Origin: Octopus vulgaris
Lineage: Eukaryota
DNA length: 64,000 nt
Direction: 5' to 3'
Assembly: GCA_951406725.2 (NCBI GenBank)
Contig: OX597826.1
Coordinates: 39,494,001-39,558,000 of the forward strand
The position numbers were made by a program, and so were the translations under genes. Positions 13,779-25,975 of this stretch are shown here, piece after piece. Below the pieces are notes generated by a model that saw nothing but the letters and a program-made list of their open reading frames with translations, was not told the origin of the DNA and searched no databases. Position 1 is the stretch's first letter; each line of letters opens with the position of its first letter.

Positions 13779-14637
13779 GCATCTATATATATATATATAT
13801 ACATATATAGCATCTTTCTTTGAAAATCTCTAAAGCAATCGACGAACTGACTTGGAATGTTTATATAACTACAAGGCGGCGATCTGGCAGAATCGTTCGC
13901 ACGCCGGGCAAAATGCTTACCAATATTTCATCTGCCGCTACGTTCTGAGTTCAAATTCCGCCGAGGTCGTCTTTGCGTTTCATCCCTTCGGATTCGATAA
14001 ATTAAGTACCAGTTGCATACTGGGGTCGATCTGATCGACTGTCCCCCTCCTCCGATATTTCAGGCTTTGTGCTTATAATAGAAAGGAATATTTATATAAC
14101 TACATTGTTTTACCTTCTGGATTCTAATCGCATTAGGTAAATTGCATTTCATCCTTCGTGGGGTATGAGATAAAATATAAACTTAATCACGTGCACAGTG
14201 GTTGATTCCATATACTATTCCTTCCCACCCACAAGTAACAAAGGGATTTACAAACCCAGGCACATATCTTGTTAGCACTCTGTGGCTATCCAAAATTGGC
14301 TAGCTACAACGATGAATAGGAGCCCACAAAATCGAACTGGTTGTATTCCTGGCTTGAGTAGTAAATCCTAAAAGGATCCAAAGTATATAAAAAAGACATT
14401 AACTAATACGAAATGTATTACACCATGCGAGTGGCTTGTGTTGAAACAAATTGCGTTATCATAAATTTTTGGAAATAACTGATATCACAAGCGATTCAAT
14501 ATCGACTGATTGAAGCATTGAATTGTTATATCCAAATATACTTACATAATAGAAACGCGTGATAGCTTTTTGTAAAGTGTGATCCTCTTTTAAAGAGGTG
14601 TTAGTGTGTTGGTCTACATTCTAGTTAATGCCTTTAA

Positions 14638-14668
<31 letters not shown>

Positions 14669-14933
14669 GTAAAAAAACACAACTGGGACAAGAACGCAAA
14701 ACATTTAGAAGACGATACAAAAAAACCGACGGGACATTCGAAGCCTTCGATCTTCAGTCAAGAACCGGATCATCTTCGCAATTTCGGCTGATTAATCTTG
14801 AGATTGCTCCGACCTGGCCAGCCCCAAAGCAAAATCTAAGCCAAGCGCATTAGATTCCTTGGAAGAAAGCCTCGAATGTCTACTTCGTGTGGTGTGTGAA
14901 TTAAAATAATGAAGTATGATTAAATCTATATAC

Positions 14934-15372
14934 GGATCTTTTCGGTTTGAACGGCAGTTTTTTAAAATAATTTCCACGTAACTAAACACTTTTAAACTTC
15001 GTATACTGGTAGAATGTGTTTATAAAACATCTTTTTCTCTTGGCTTTATTGAAAAAATTCTATAGTTTGTAAGATATGTGTTGTCTTTTTTCTTCAATTT
15101 CTGCAATTTCAACCAATCAATGACGTCTATTGAGGTGAAAACATTCTGTGCCGCATGAATATGTCCCTCGTTTAAGAAACAGATTGGGTTTATTTACAGT
15201 TGTGAAGAAAAAAAAAACTTCCCCCCCAACCCTAACCATAACCCTAACGCTAACCCTAACTCTAACCCTAAAACAGATTGAAATGCAATAGATCGATACT
15301 AGGGTCATAATTATGGGTGACAATTTCATATGACACCGCTAGAAAAAACTGCCGTTCAAACCGAAAAGGTCC
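14934..15372. mobile_element. Non-autonomous DNA transposon/MITE (Merlin-like) with 8-bp TSD
   Basis: TIRs GGATCTTTTCGGTTTGAACGGCAGTTTTT and AAAAACTGCCGTTCAAACCGAAAAGGTCC. Exact TSD CTATATAC at 14926-14933 and 15373-15380. Internal (CCCTAA)n-like tract. GG termini with an 8-bp TSD fit Merlin. Confidence 0.85.
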
Positions 15373-15692
15373 CTATATACTTTTAAAATATGTGACCTGT
15401 GCCAATATACAATTATAATTATCATAATAAGTATTTCTACCATATGCACAAGACCAGAATTACAATAACTTCAGAACCTCCACCTTTTGGCATAGCCCAC
15501 ATCCAACACACGAAAATTCCATTTCGATGTCGTAGACCATGTAAAACTCACATTACATAACCAATACTGAATAAAATAGCACAACCGATGCAATACTTAA
15601 TCTACACAACCACCACCACGCAATACATACTCAGCATAATTCCTGGCCGATAACATAACATATAACACAAATCATATAGCGTCAACAAAATA

Positions 15693-16118
15693 GGATCTTT
15701 TCGGTTTGAACGGTAGTTTTTTCTAACTGTGTCGTATGAAATTGTCACCCATAATTATGACCCAAGTATCGTTCTATTGCATTTCAATCTGTTTTAGGGT
15801 TAGGGTTAGGTTTAGGGGTGGGGGGGAAGGGTATCTTTTTTTTTCTTCACAAATGTAAATAAACCCAATCTGTTTCTTAAACGAGGGACATATTCATACG
15901 GCACAGAATGTTATTTACCTCAATAGACGTCATTGATTGTTTGAAATTGCAGAAATTGAAGAAAAAACCCCACAAATATCTTACAAACTATAGAATTTTC
16001 TCAATAAAGCCAAGAGAAAAAGATGTTTTATAAGCACATTCTACCAGTATACGAAGTTTAAAATCTTTTAGTTACCTAGAAATTATGTTAAAAACTGCCG
16101 TTCAAACCGAAAAAATCC
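15693..16118. mobile_element. Second copy of the same MITE in inverted orientation
   Basis: Same TIRs; the interior is the reverse complement of 14934-15372 (TTAGGG tract at about 15794-15817). No TSD seen. Confidence 0.85.
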
Positions 16119-16212
16119 GTTATTTTTAATGATTACGCGCTGTTAAGACTGCATTCAAATAAAGTCAGTGTTCTATGCATGAGCATGTCTCGTTTTTACT
16201 TTACCAACATTC

Positions 16213-17368
16213 AAGAATGGCTGAAAACTTTGTAGGCCGACCATGGAAGAGTGGTTGTTAGAGCTGTGAAATCTTGCATTATTAATAACTGCATGGTTTC
16301 TTCCTAGGTAAATTGATATCTGACTGTTCAAACAAAACTTCAAAAGTAACTAGTAACGACTTCTTTTGAAAATCGACAAAATTTAGCATCGTTTTCTTAC
16401 GAGGCACCTGCAGAAAAAGGATTTAGCAACCCAAGGACATTCATGCTGACGTGGTTGCTACATTAGGGGATGACATTCCAGGTTTATCGACAGTGCATAA
16501 GTGGACAGTGGAATTTAGGAGGGGGAGGGGGTGTCTTGAATATAACCCAAAGTCTGGATATCCTATAACTTCCACCTCCGAGGAAAACATTGTTCGTGTT
16601 CACCACAGGGTGACAGGCGATTGACTATAAATCAAACAGTCAATGCTATTAGCATATCCAGTGAGAGAGTTGAGAACATTCTGCGCAATGAACTTTTCAG
16701 GACGAAGGTTTCTGCTCAGTGAGTGCTACGTCTTTTGATACCTGAGGAAAAGTACACCAGGCTAATCACATCATGGGAAAATCTGCCGTTGTTTGAGACA
16801 GATTCAGCTGGTTTCCATGAATGTTCCCTAACCCGAAATGACAGTTGCCTTCAGCACTTTGAGCCAGAGACAAAGAGACAATCTATACAGTGGAAATACT
16901 CTTAGCCAGCTCCAAAGAAGTCCAAGGTCGTTTCATCCCCAGAGAAGGTGATGGCCTCACTTTTTGGGGGATGCAAAGGGTATTGTGTTCATTGAAAAGG
17001 GCCGCACTATTAATGGAGAGTAGTATACCAATTTGCTGAGGCAGTTTCGAAAAGCTATCAAGAGCAAACGCCCAGGAAAATTAGCGAAAGGGCTTTTGCT
17101 TCACGAGGACAATGCTCCAGCTCGCAAGTCTTTCGTTTCAACGGCGCCTGTGTCATTGAACTGGTTGATCACACTCACTCTTCTTCTGATTTCGCCCCAT
17201 CTGACTATCATCTGTTCCCCGACATGAAAAAAAACACTCAGCTGGGAACCAGTATCGCAGTGATGATGACCTCACATCTACTATTGATGAAATTTTTGCA
17301 TGAAAGGATTTGCTCCCATTCTATGAAAGTATCTTGGTCAGCCTATAAACTTTTGAGCCAGCCCTCTT
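16213..17368 (+). mobile_element. Degraded mariner transposon (DD34D)
   Basis: Fragments EPETKRQSIQWK, KVMA, AIKSKRPGKLAKGLLLHEDNAPA and FAPSDYHLFPDMKK. Imperfect TIRs ggctgaaaactttgtaggccgacca and tggtcagcctataaacttttgagcc. Confidence 0.88.
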
Positions 17369-17643
17369 TATTATAGAACATTTTGAATTGATTTAGTCGG
17401 AAAGTTGATTTTAAGTAGATTATTACATAGCAATGCAAATATGTCCATTTTGGCAACAAAGTTTATCTGACTAAGCTTTGTATAAGTTTACCCTATAAGT
17501 AAACAGGCATTCAACCGTTTACGACACTAGCTGTGTATCTTAATTGATTAAACTGGCAACCTTGCCAAAATATTTTCATTTCTAATACTGAATCACCAAC
17601 TGTGAAAATCTGTTAATGGTTTCTGTTAATGGTGTATGTATGA

Positions 17644-17712
<69 letters not shown>

Positions 17713-20068
17713 TGAAAGGGAGAGAGAGAATGAGGAGGAGAGAAACTACTTGTGTGCGAGTGCATGTATATCTACATTTGTGTGAACGTGTGTATATTAG
17801 TATGTTCGATGTTTCAGTTAGTGTGTATATGTATATTTGTAATTTGTCCTTGTGTACGGACACGCACTCTTATATAATGAATGAGTGAATAGGTATTTTC
17901 ATATTTGTAAATGCATGCGCGCGCGTGTGTGTGAATATTTGTAAGCCTTTGTATGTATGCTTTTGTCTTTGTCTTTGTGTGTGTAATTATGTGCCTGGCT
18001 AAATCCAGTAATGATAACCATCGTAGAAGCCTGTTAGTCTAACGTCATCTCGCTAACGACACACGTCACCTCAAATACCTGCATGACTGAGGAGGAAACT
18101 AATTGATTTCTTAGTTAGGCATCAGAAGTGATTATAGCACTGATGTGATATTTAATTGTACCCTTTAACGTTTTCATTTCAAATATCGATGATATCGACT
18201 TTGACTTTCATCATTCCTAGATCGATAAAATAAGAATTAGCCAAGTAATGTGATCGATTTATTCCCCTATACTCCGCCAGCCATATGGTTCCCCAGGAAA
18301 AATTGTAGATGTATTACGCAATTGTTTATAGTTTTACGGTATCAGATGAAGTAATTAGCACATCACCTTATGTTTCTCTTGTATAGAGACTTATTACTTC
18401 TAACTTTGGTACAAGTTTATTATTTCTAACTTTGATCCGGCGAAATTCATTTAATCGTTTCGGAAGGGATTTGAACGTAGAACTATAGAAGATATCGCCA
18501 AATACCGCAAGGCATATCATCTGATGGTCTGCTAAATGATGTGGCTTTGGTGTTTATGTCAGGAACATTATTATAGTGATTGATGTTTTCCTTTAACATC
18601 ACGTCCGCTCTGATTGAGAGAACTATAATCAAAAGCGTTCCAACCAATGTTTTACCTTCAGTTTTCATATCTAACATAGCATTGTTCAGGCTGTTCGTTA
18701 CAATTTATTTTTAAATGACGGTTGGTTGTGATTTGAAAAGATTTGGCTACTATTTCTAGTAGTTTCAGTGTCTAAGTAGACTGTCACTCGCTGGTTCCTT
18801 TTCCTAGATGTGGTTTTTACTTGCATTCCTTTATATTCTGAACTTAAAACCAGATAAGGACAATTTTCTTCTTCATCCATAGTCAATGATATAGAAAACG
18901 TTTCACTGGGTGAAACTGAAGAGCATATCAGATCAAATGTGTTACGGAATTTAGCTACTGCACTTCGGGTTTTGAGTTCAAATCTAGTTCGGATCGATAC
19001 AATGATTTTCACGGAGTCGATTGTCGGCTCCCTAGAATTTGAACACTTGTAAATTTTCAAAATCTTATTGGCAGAAGAAATATATTGCTTCATATTTACT
19101 CCTTTCTCTGTCGCTATAAAACTGTGGACCACCATACAAGAAATTTGTAATGTTTGTTCTAGAAATGTAAGCTTAAAACCAAGGAAATATAGTGTTACGC
19201 ATCTAGTCCGACGCTATTTCTGCCAAAACTTTTCATAAAGTTTTGCTCTCGAGCCATTGGAGAATCCTATACATGGTTCTGCCAGAAATTGGAGTCCAAT
19301 TTCCTTCAAATTACACATGGGAGTATACATTTCATAGTGTAGTCCTAATCATGCAAAGACCTAGAGAAGGACAAAATGGTCAGTCTTTGGTTGGAACACT
19401 TTTGCTCCTATTCCCTGAAGGCTGCCCTGAGGCTACACAACAACAACTGGTACTTAATTTATAGGGTAACACAGGAAGATAAATATGAAGTTAACCTGGA
19501 CGTGATTTGGAATATGAATGCAGAGATTCTAAATGAAATACTGCGCCTCCAGTGCTGTGATTTTTAACTCTTTTAACCTGTCTGAGGGAACGAGGAAGCC
19601 TCTGTATGGTTGTTGGTTATGCTAAAAGTAGAAGCATGACAGATTCGAGAGTTTTGTTTGCCAAATTTCACAAGGAATTGGTAAACTTGCGGCAATGACA
19701 ATAGACACTCGTTCAAGTTACTGCCTAGTAGAATATATTTTTACTAATTGTTTTAACTAATTGATTTTACTGATTAACTTTAATAATTGATTTAGCTTGT
19801 GATAGATTTGTCATGTAATTTACCATTTATCTATTTTTCTATCACTATTTTTTTTTTAGTTAATTCCTCTATTGGAATATTAACCGTTTTCTTATTTAGT
19901 CAAAGGTCATTGTTTTCCGTAACAAAAACACGATTTCAATGTTCTCGTATTTCTTCCCTTGGGGTTTTATGTTATACCTATGTCAAATTATTTAACAATT
20001 TACTATTTTTGATAATTGTTCATTCTTTTTTGTATTCTAATATTATTCCATTATTCTTTCTTACACAG

Positions 20069-20442
20069 AAAACTTCACCTGCCTATATGCCAGCTTCTAT
20101 CTCAAGAGGGACATCGGTTACTATATGATACAACTGTATATACCTAGCATCCTTATCGTATTCTTGTCGTGGGTTTCCTTCTATCTAAATGTGTCAGCTG
20201 TACCTGCACGAATATCATTAGGAATTCTAACTGTTCTTACGCTGACAACTCAAAGATCTGCAGGAATAGCGGCCTTACCTAAAGTCTCCTATATCAAAGC
20301 CATTGATGTGTGGATGGCATCTTGTCTCTGCTTCGTTTTCGCAGCACTTTTAGAGTTTGCCTTCGTTAACGTTTTGGACAGGCGATATTTAAAGATTATT
20401 GCCTCCATGAAAGAAAACGAACTCACTGGAAAATGTCCCGAG
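20069..20442 (+). CDS. Internal coding exon of a Cys-loop ligand-gated anion channel subunit (glycine receptor/GluCl-like): end of loop C, TM1, TM2, TM3, start of intracellular loop
   Basis: Acceptor ttctttcttacacag|AA at 20068/20069 and donor GAG|gtgagt at 20442/20443. Translation (x)[105 protein letters not shown]... matches GlyR/GluCl hallmarks (YIPS, SWVSF, PAR anion-selectivity motif, [19 protein letters not shown]). Confidence 0.96.
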
Positions 20443-20554
20443 GTGAGTACACACACACACACACACACACGCATATGCATTTGTTTCATAATTCTGTTTT
20501 GTTTTCAATAATAAATCTCTGAACGAGATGTAAACAGTAACCGCTCGACAACGT

Positions 20555-20831
20555 AAAGTATACTAGCCATCTCAATATGGCTAACCACTAAGGGTGGGTG
20601 TTACTGTAGCTTTTAGCCCCAGGAGATCATCGTCTCCAGTTGGCTTTAAGGCACACTTTCTGTGCCCTTATGGTATTTGCTACGAGAGAGGGATGACCTC
20701 CTCGTAGCAAATACCATAAGGGCACAGAAAGTGTGCCTAAAGCCAGCTAGAGACGATGATCTCCTGGGGCTAAAAGCTACAGTAACACCCACCCTTAGTG
20801 GTTAGCCATATTGAGATGGCTAGTATACTTT
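20555..20831. repeat. Near-perfect 277-bp palindrome/hairpin (foldback or MITE-like element) in the channel intron
   Basis: aaagtatactagccatctcaatatggctaaccactaagggtgggtgttactgtagc...tttgctacgag pairs with ctcgtagcaaa...gctacagtaacacccacccttagtggttagccatattgagatggctagtatacttt. Arms about 130 bp, with few mismatches and a loop under 15 nt. Confidence 0.95.
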
Positions 20832-23196
20832 CTGTTTTGTTTTGTTTTAGAGTTACTGAGCTTTACAAATATCTGAGTGCTAAGGATCTCTGGTTCTGTG
20901 CTGCAGAATTAGCGATTTGTGTCTTATAACCAAAGATATGATGTATCCACATTTATGAAGATTTTTAACTGTCAGAAGGACACTGTCTACCATATTTCTC
21001 AACACACATTCTCTATTGAAAATGAAGGCTGACCTGCACAATTTACAGCCAGCCAAAAGAAACCCAAGTGTATGCATGTCGCAATATTTAGTATTGCTAA
21101 TATCTATCATACCTAAAAATCGGAAGAAATTCAGCTGGGCAATAATTCTTTCTATTTATTGGTTCTTTCTATTTATTTTAGTTGTTGCATGCTACTAAGG
21201 TAGTAAAGACGCACATGTCAGCCTAAGAAGTCTTTAAGTGTTGTGGAGCCGAGTCAATATGTTATTAAATACTTAAGTACTTACTACTCTGACTAAATAA
21301 GTTGATTGCTACTTTCATTCTCTCTCATATCTTTTAGATTCGTTTATGGTGACGTTAGGGGTGTGTAAATAAAACCCCCATTTCATTATGCCGGGTACCG
21401 CCTAATGATACTGGCTAGTCAGTCAGTTTTTCGGGGTTGCATTTTGGTTAGAGATATGATGTAGGATAAATATAATAATAACAATAATTCTAGGATGGCA
21501 TTTATAAATATTTAATACATCGCGACGTGCGTTTCCATAATTCACACGATTTCAACATCAGAGTCGGTGTCCTTGGGATTAGTACAGTATAGTCTGTATT
21601 ATCCGTGGGCATCATCATTGATTCATTTCATCAGGCGATATAACAATAGTGGATTATTCACAGAGGGATGTTTATCCTTTCTTGCCAGTATGAAAGCCTC
21701 TCTAACAATGTGAGCATTTCTGTAAGTACTTAGGTGGGGGAGGAAGGTGATGGGAGTAAAGGAAGGTGATGGTAGTAATATGGGGATGGAGATGTGTGTG
21801 GTGGTGTTGGATTTATCTCCTATTCATTCTGCAGACTTTAAAGATGGTCATTCATTCAGCAGATTTAAGAAAGGTAGTAATATTTCATTCATAACCTGAC
21901 TCTCTTAAATAAATTCTGAACTCAACAGGTCAGCTGCTATTCAGTGGGGTTTGTTGACCAAATTGATTAATACCACTGCTCTTGTAGTGACATTTTCATT
22001 GTTTCTATGAATAACCGATGTCGTAAAGTTCCATGAGAGATCCTGGCTTTCGTGAACATGTACAAGCGCAAGGCAGCGAGCTGTCAGAAATGTGAGCACG
22101 CCGGGCGAAATACTTAACTGTATTTCGCCTGTCTTTGAGTTCTGAGTTCAAATTCAGCCGAAGTTGACTTTGCCTTTCATCCTTTCGGAGTCGATAAATT
22201 AAGTACCAGTTGCGTACTTGGATCGATCTAATCGGCTGGCCCATTCCCCCACAATGTCGGATCTTGTGCCTAGAGTAGAAAAGAATATGTAGAAGCGTAT
22301 AGTGTCGGTACAGGTATCGAGCGTAAACCACGTGGTAGCCTTTGTAAGAAACTCCGTGTCTGGGTCGCGAATGGATCGTCAGTGGATCATATATCCGGAA
22401 AAAAAGTGCGAATATGGATTGAAATTTCCTCCTCTGTGTTAGAGAATGAAAAAATAAACCGAGTGGAAATTCTTAAAAGATGTGTGCGTGTGTGTGTTTG
22501 TACGTGCGTGTCTTTGTGTGTGTGTGTGTGTGCGTGTGTGTTTGCGTATGTGTCGGTGTGTGTGTGTGCCTGCGTGTGTGTGGTGGCGAAATTATTTAAG
22601 GTGTCAAGAATTACTGCACCGAGTAAATTTGTATGCTTTGCAAAATATCGGACTGATCTTTCTTTACTGATCAAGGGACAACAATTGACATGTTTCGGTT
22701 TATTTGGCCTCATCAGCATAAAATGATCTAATTGAGTCTGTAAAAATATGCAAAGTATTCCTTAAACAATTTAAGTAAACCTTTTTCTGTATGTTTAAAC
22801 CTATACACTGAGCTGCTGTCTAGGCTAGACTGTACCCTGCTGGTGATATTGAATGAGCTGACACAGATATCAATGAATATCTCTTCAAAATAAAGGTTAA
22901 ACTCTCCTTTCCTTAAAGATGTACTATGAAAATTATTTTTGAATTATCTCCCCTTCTTATTGAGACCCGTTATCAATCGTCACTGGGTTTACGTTTAGGA
23001 AAGAAATGACAATAAATAAATTATTCATTATATGCAGCTTTCTGACATGATCTTTATAATTTAATTAATCAAATTCATAGTATTGGTCTCTTTAGATCTC
23101 TTTTACATAAACGTATTAGTATGTACATGAACAGTATATAAACATATTTTTATACGTACGTATACATACATACATATATACATACATACACACACA

Positions 23197-23227
<31 letters not shown>

Positions 23228-23449
23228 GTAAATGGGTAACAAAGATGTACAGGTGTCAATTCATTGCGGCCATTTGAAGTGTCTCCTTTAATTGATTAAT
23301 GCAGACATTACATCATTGCAAAGAAACCGTTTTCGTCAGATGACTGTATAGACTTCACACACAAAAGACAAACCAATTGCTTTAACATATTCGTATCACC
23401 ACCGGAGCTCAAATATTTACATTGATTCGGCCTTTATATCTTTATAGCA

Positions 23450-23770
23450 GGCGGCTGGCTTAGTGGCTCGGGCATTCAGCTCACGATTATAAGGTCGTGA
23501 GCTTAAATACCAGTGACGCGTTGTGTCCGCGTGCAAGACATTTTATTTCACATTGCTCCAGTTCACTTAGCTGGTAAAAATGTTGTAGTACCCGTATTTC
23601 AAAGGGCCAGCCTTGTCACCCTCTGTGTGACGCTGAATCTCCCTGAGAACTACGTTAAGGGTACACGTATCTGTGGAAATACTCAGCCACTTGCATGTTA
23701 ATTTCACGAGCAAGCTGTTCCGTTGATCGTATCAGCTGGGGCCCTCGTCGTTGTAAGCGATGGAGTGTTC
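23450..23770 (+). mobile_element. Diverged SINE related to family A body type 1
   Basis: Shares gtatttcaaagggccagccttgtcac...gaactacgttaagggtacacg...ttcacgagca with 2609-2992; the head is different or diverged. Confidence 0.7.
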
Positions 23771-23832
<62 letters not shown>

Positions 23833-23907
23833 ATGTACATGCATACCGATATATAAACGTGTGTATGTTTTTTTCTCATTGTAATTCTATTTCTTATTCT
23901 GTTTCAG

Positions 23908-24078
23908 GTTAATGACAGAGTCAAATCAAAGCGATTTAAGTGGATTCGCGACCCCAGAGGTCAACAGAAGGCAGCATATATTGACTTTTTGGCTCGGATA
24001 ACTTTTCCAATAGCCTTTGGTATATTCTGTATAATATATTGGCTCGTCTATGGAGTAGTTGGGGTGAAAGAAGAATAA
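23908..24078 (+). CDS. Terminal coding exon of the same Cys-loop channel (TM4 and stop)
   Basis: Acceptor ttcttattctgtttcag|GTT, phase 0, matching the upstream donor. Reads VNDRVKSKRFKWIRDPRGQQKAAYIDFLARITFPIAFGIFCIIYWLVYGVVGVKEE*, with the ID..R..FP..F..F...YW TM4 signature. Not in the supplied ORF track because it lacks an ATG. Confidence 0.93.
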   Translation, partial: VNDRVKSKRFKWIRDPRGQQKAAYIDFLARITFPIAFGIFCIIYWLVYGVVGVKEE

Positions 24079-25228
24079 ATTCTCCCTCCATCTCCATTTG
24101 TAACTAACCTCTCTCCCTCCCTCCTTCCTCCCCTCCTTTCTTTCTCCCATTTTTGCTTTAAACCCCATAACTCAATACATTTTCTTTATTTCCCATCCTG
24201 AAATTGTGTATTTATCTGTCTCTCTGTCTGTCTCTTAAATAAAATATAACAAGATTTCGGGCATATGAACACATTCAGTTTACGAAAATACAAACATGCA
24301 TAACAAACATGTGTGTGCTTTGCGTGTACATACACACACATAAGAACACGCACCTGTAGATTCGCGCACGCGCGGACACACAAAAATACACATACATACA
24401 CACTCACACAAACACACATAACACACACGCACAAACACACACAGACACACGCACAAACACACACCCCACAAACGCACACACAGAGACATTTCAATATAGA
24501 TAGTTTCCTAAGTACGTGTGTAGAGGGAAAAGATCTAGTTAGATAATCGTGGTAATCTACACTAGAATATAAATCAATATTACAGAAGCATTAAACACAT
24601 GGTTTAATATATGAGAATATTCTGTCTGTCGTTTTTAATCAAAGATATCCACAGCAGTTATTTCAATTCAGAATTACCTTCCCTTCACACATGATGTTAC
24701 CACGCAGTCGCTTACTCTGTGGAATATTTCCATGTCCACACTTACTATTGCTAGGTAGTTATTGACCCTGTGTTGGGTCCATCCGTCCTCTTGACAGCTC
24801 TTGTGTTTTTGTCCTAAATGACTGGCAACCCTCGTCACCGGGCTAACCTGGAGGAGCAGGTTGAGACGCCGATGCTTAGACGTTGTATTGGATTAAGATG
24901 TTAAGAGTAGCACTCAAAGCGACTAGCTACACATGCAAACATACATTCACACTTATATAAACACACTGACAAACATACATACTTATATATCATGAATATA
25001 TACATGCCTTCTTACACACACACGCGCGCACACATATATATACGCATACATAACAATACAGAGTTATACAATATTAATGCACATAGCTACTCTAACTTGA
25101 CACTGAGTTCTGTGTTTTCTCTATGTAATCACACGTTGATAAGTATTACAGTATATACAAGTGGGTATTTTTCAAGCAAATTCTGCGTTATGCTGCACTA
25201 TATGGTTACATACATACATATGAATATA

Positions 25229-25975
<747 letters not shown>

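Noticed and set aside
14722-14880. Possible type II hammerhead (GAAA...CTGAAGA on the minus strand; similar order at 60495-60545)
   Set aside because: I could not build stems I and III cleanly around the core; only flanking inverted repeats are evident.
15225-15272. Telomere or chromosome-fusion relic
   Set aside because: The short CCCTAA run is internal to a TIR/TSD-bounded MITE present twice.
18698-19135. 145-aa minus-strand ORF
   Set aside because: No recognisable domain; it overlaps decayed SINE-like sequence.
19799-20128. 109-aa hydrophobic ORF, and ATG 20125 as a protein start
   Set aside because: The ORF is AT-rich intron sequence overlapping the acceptor in the wrong frame. ATG 20125 is an internal Met, and the ORF tail after 20442 is intron read-through.
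20069-24078. Assignment as a cephalopod chemotactile receptor or nicotinic subunit, or a specific GLRA symbol
   Set aside because: The PAR motif and GlyR-type TM sequences place it in the anion-channel branch. Orthology and ligand cannot be fixed without the extracellular domain.
24764-24880. GC-richer island resembling an HDV-like ribozyme or LINE 5' end
   Set aside because: The nested double pseudoknot pairings could not be assigned by eye.
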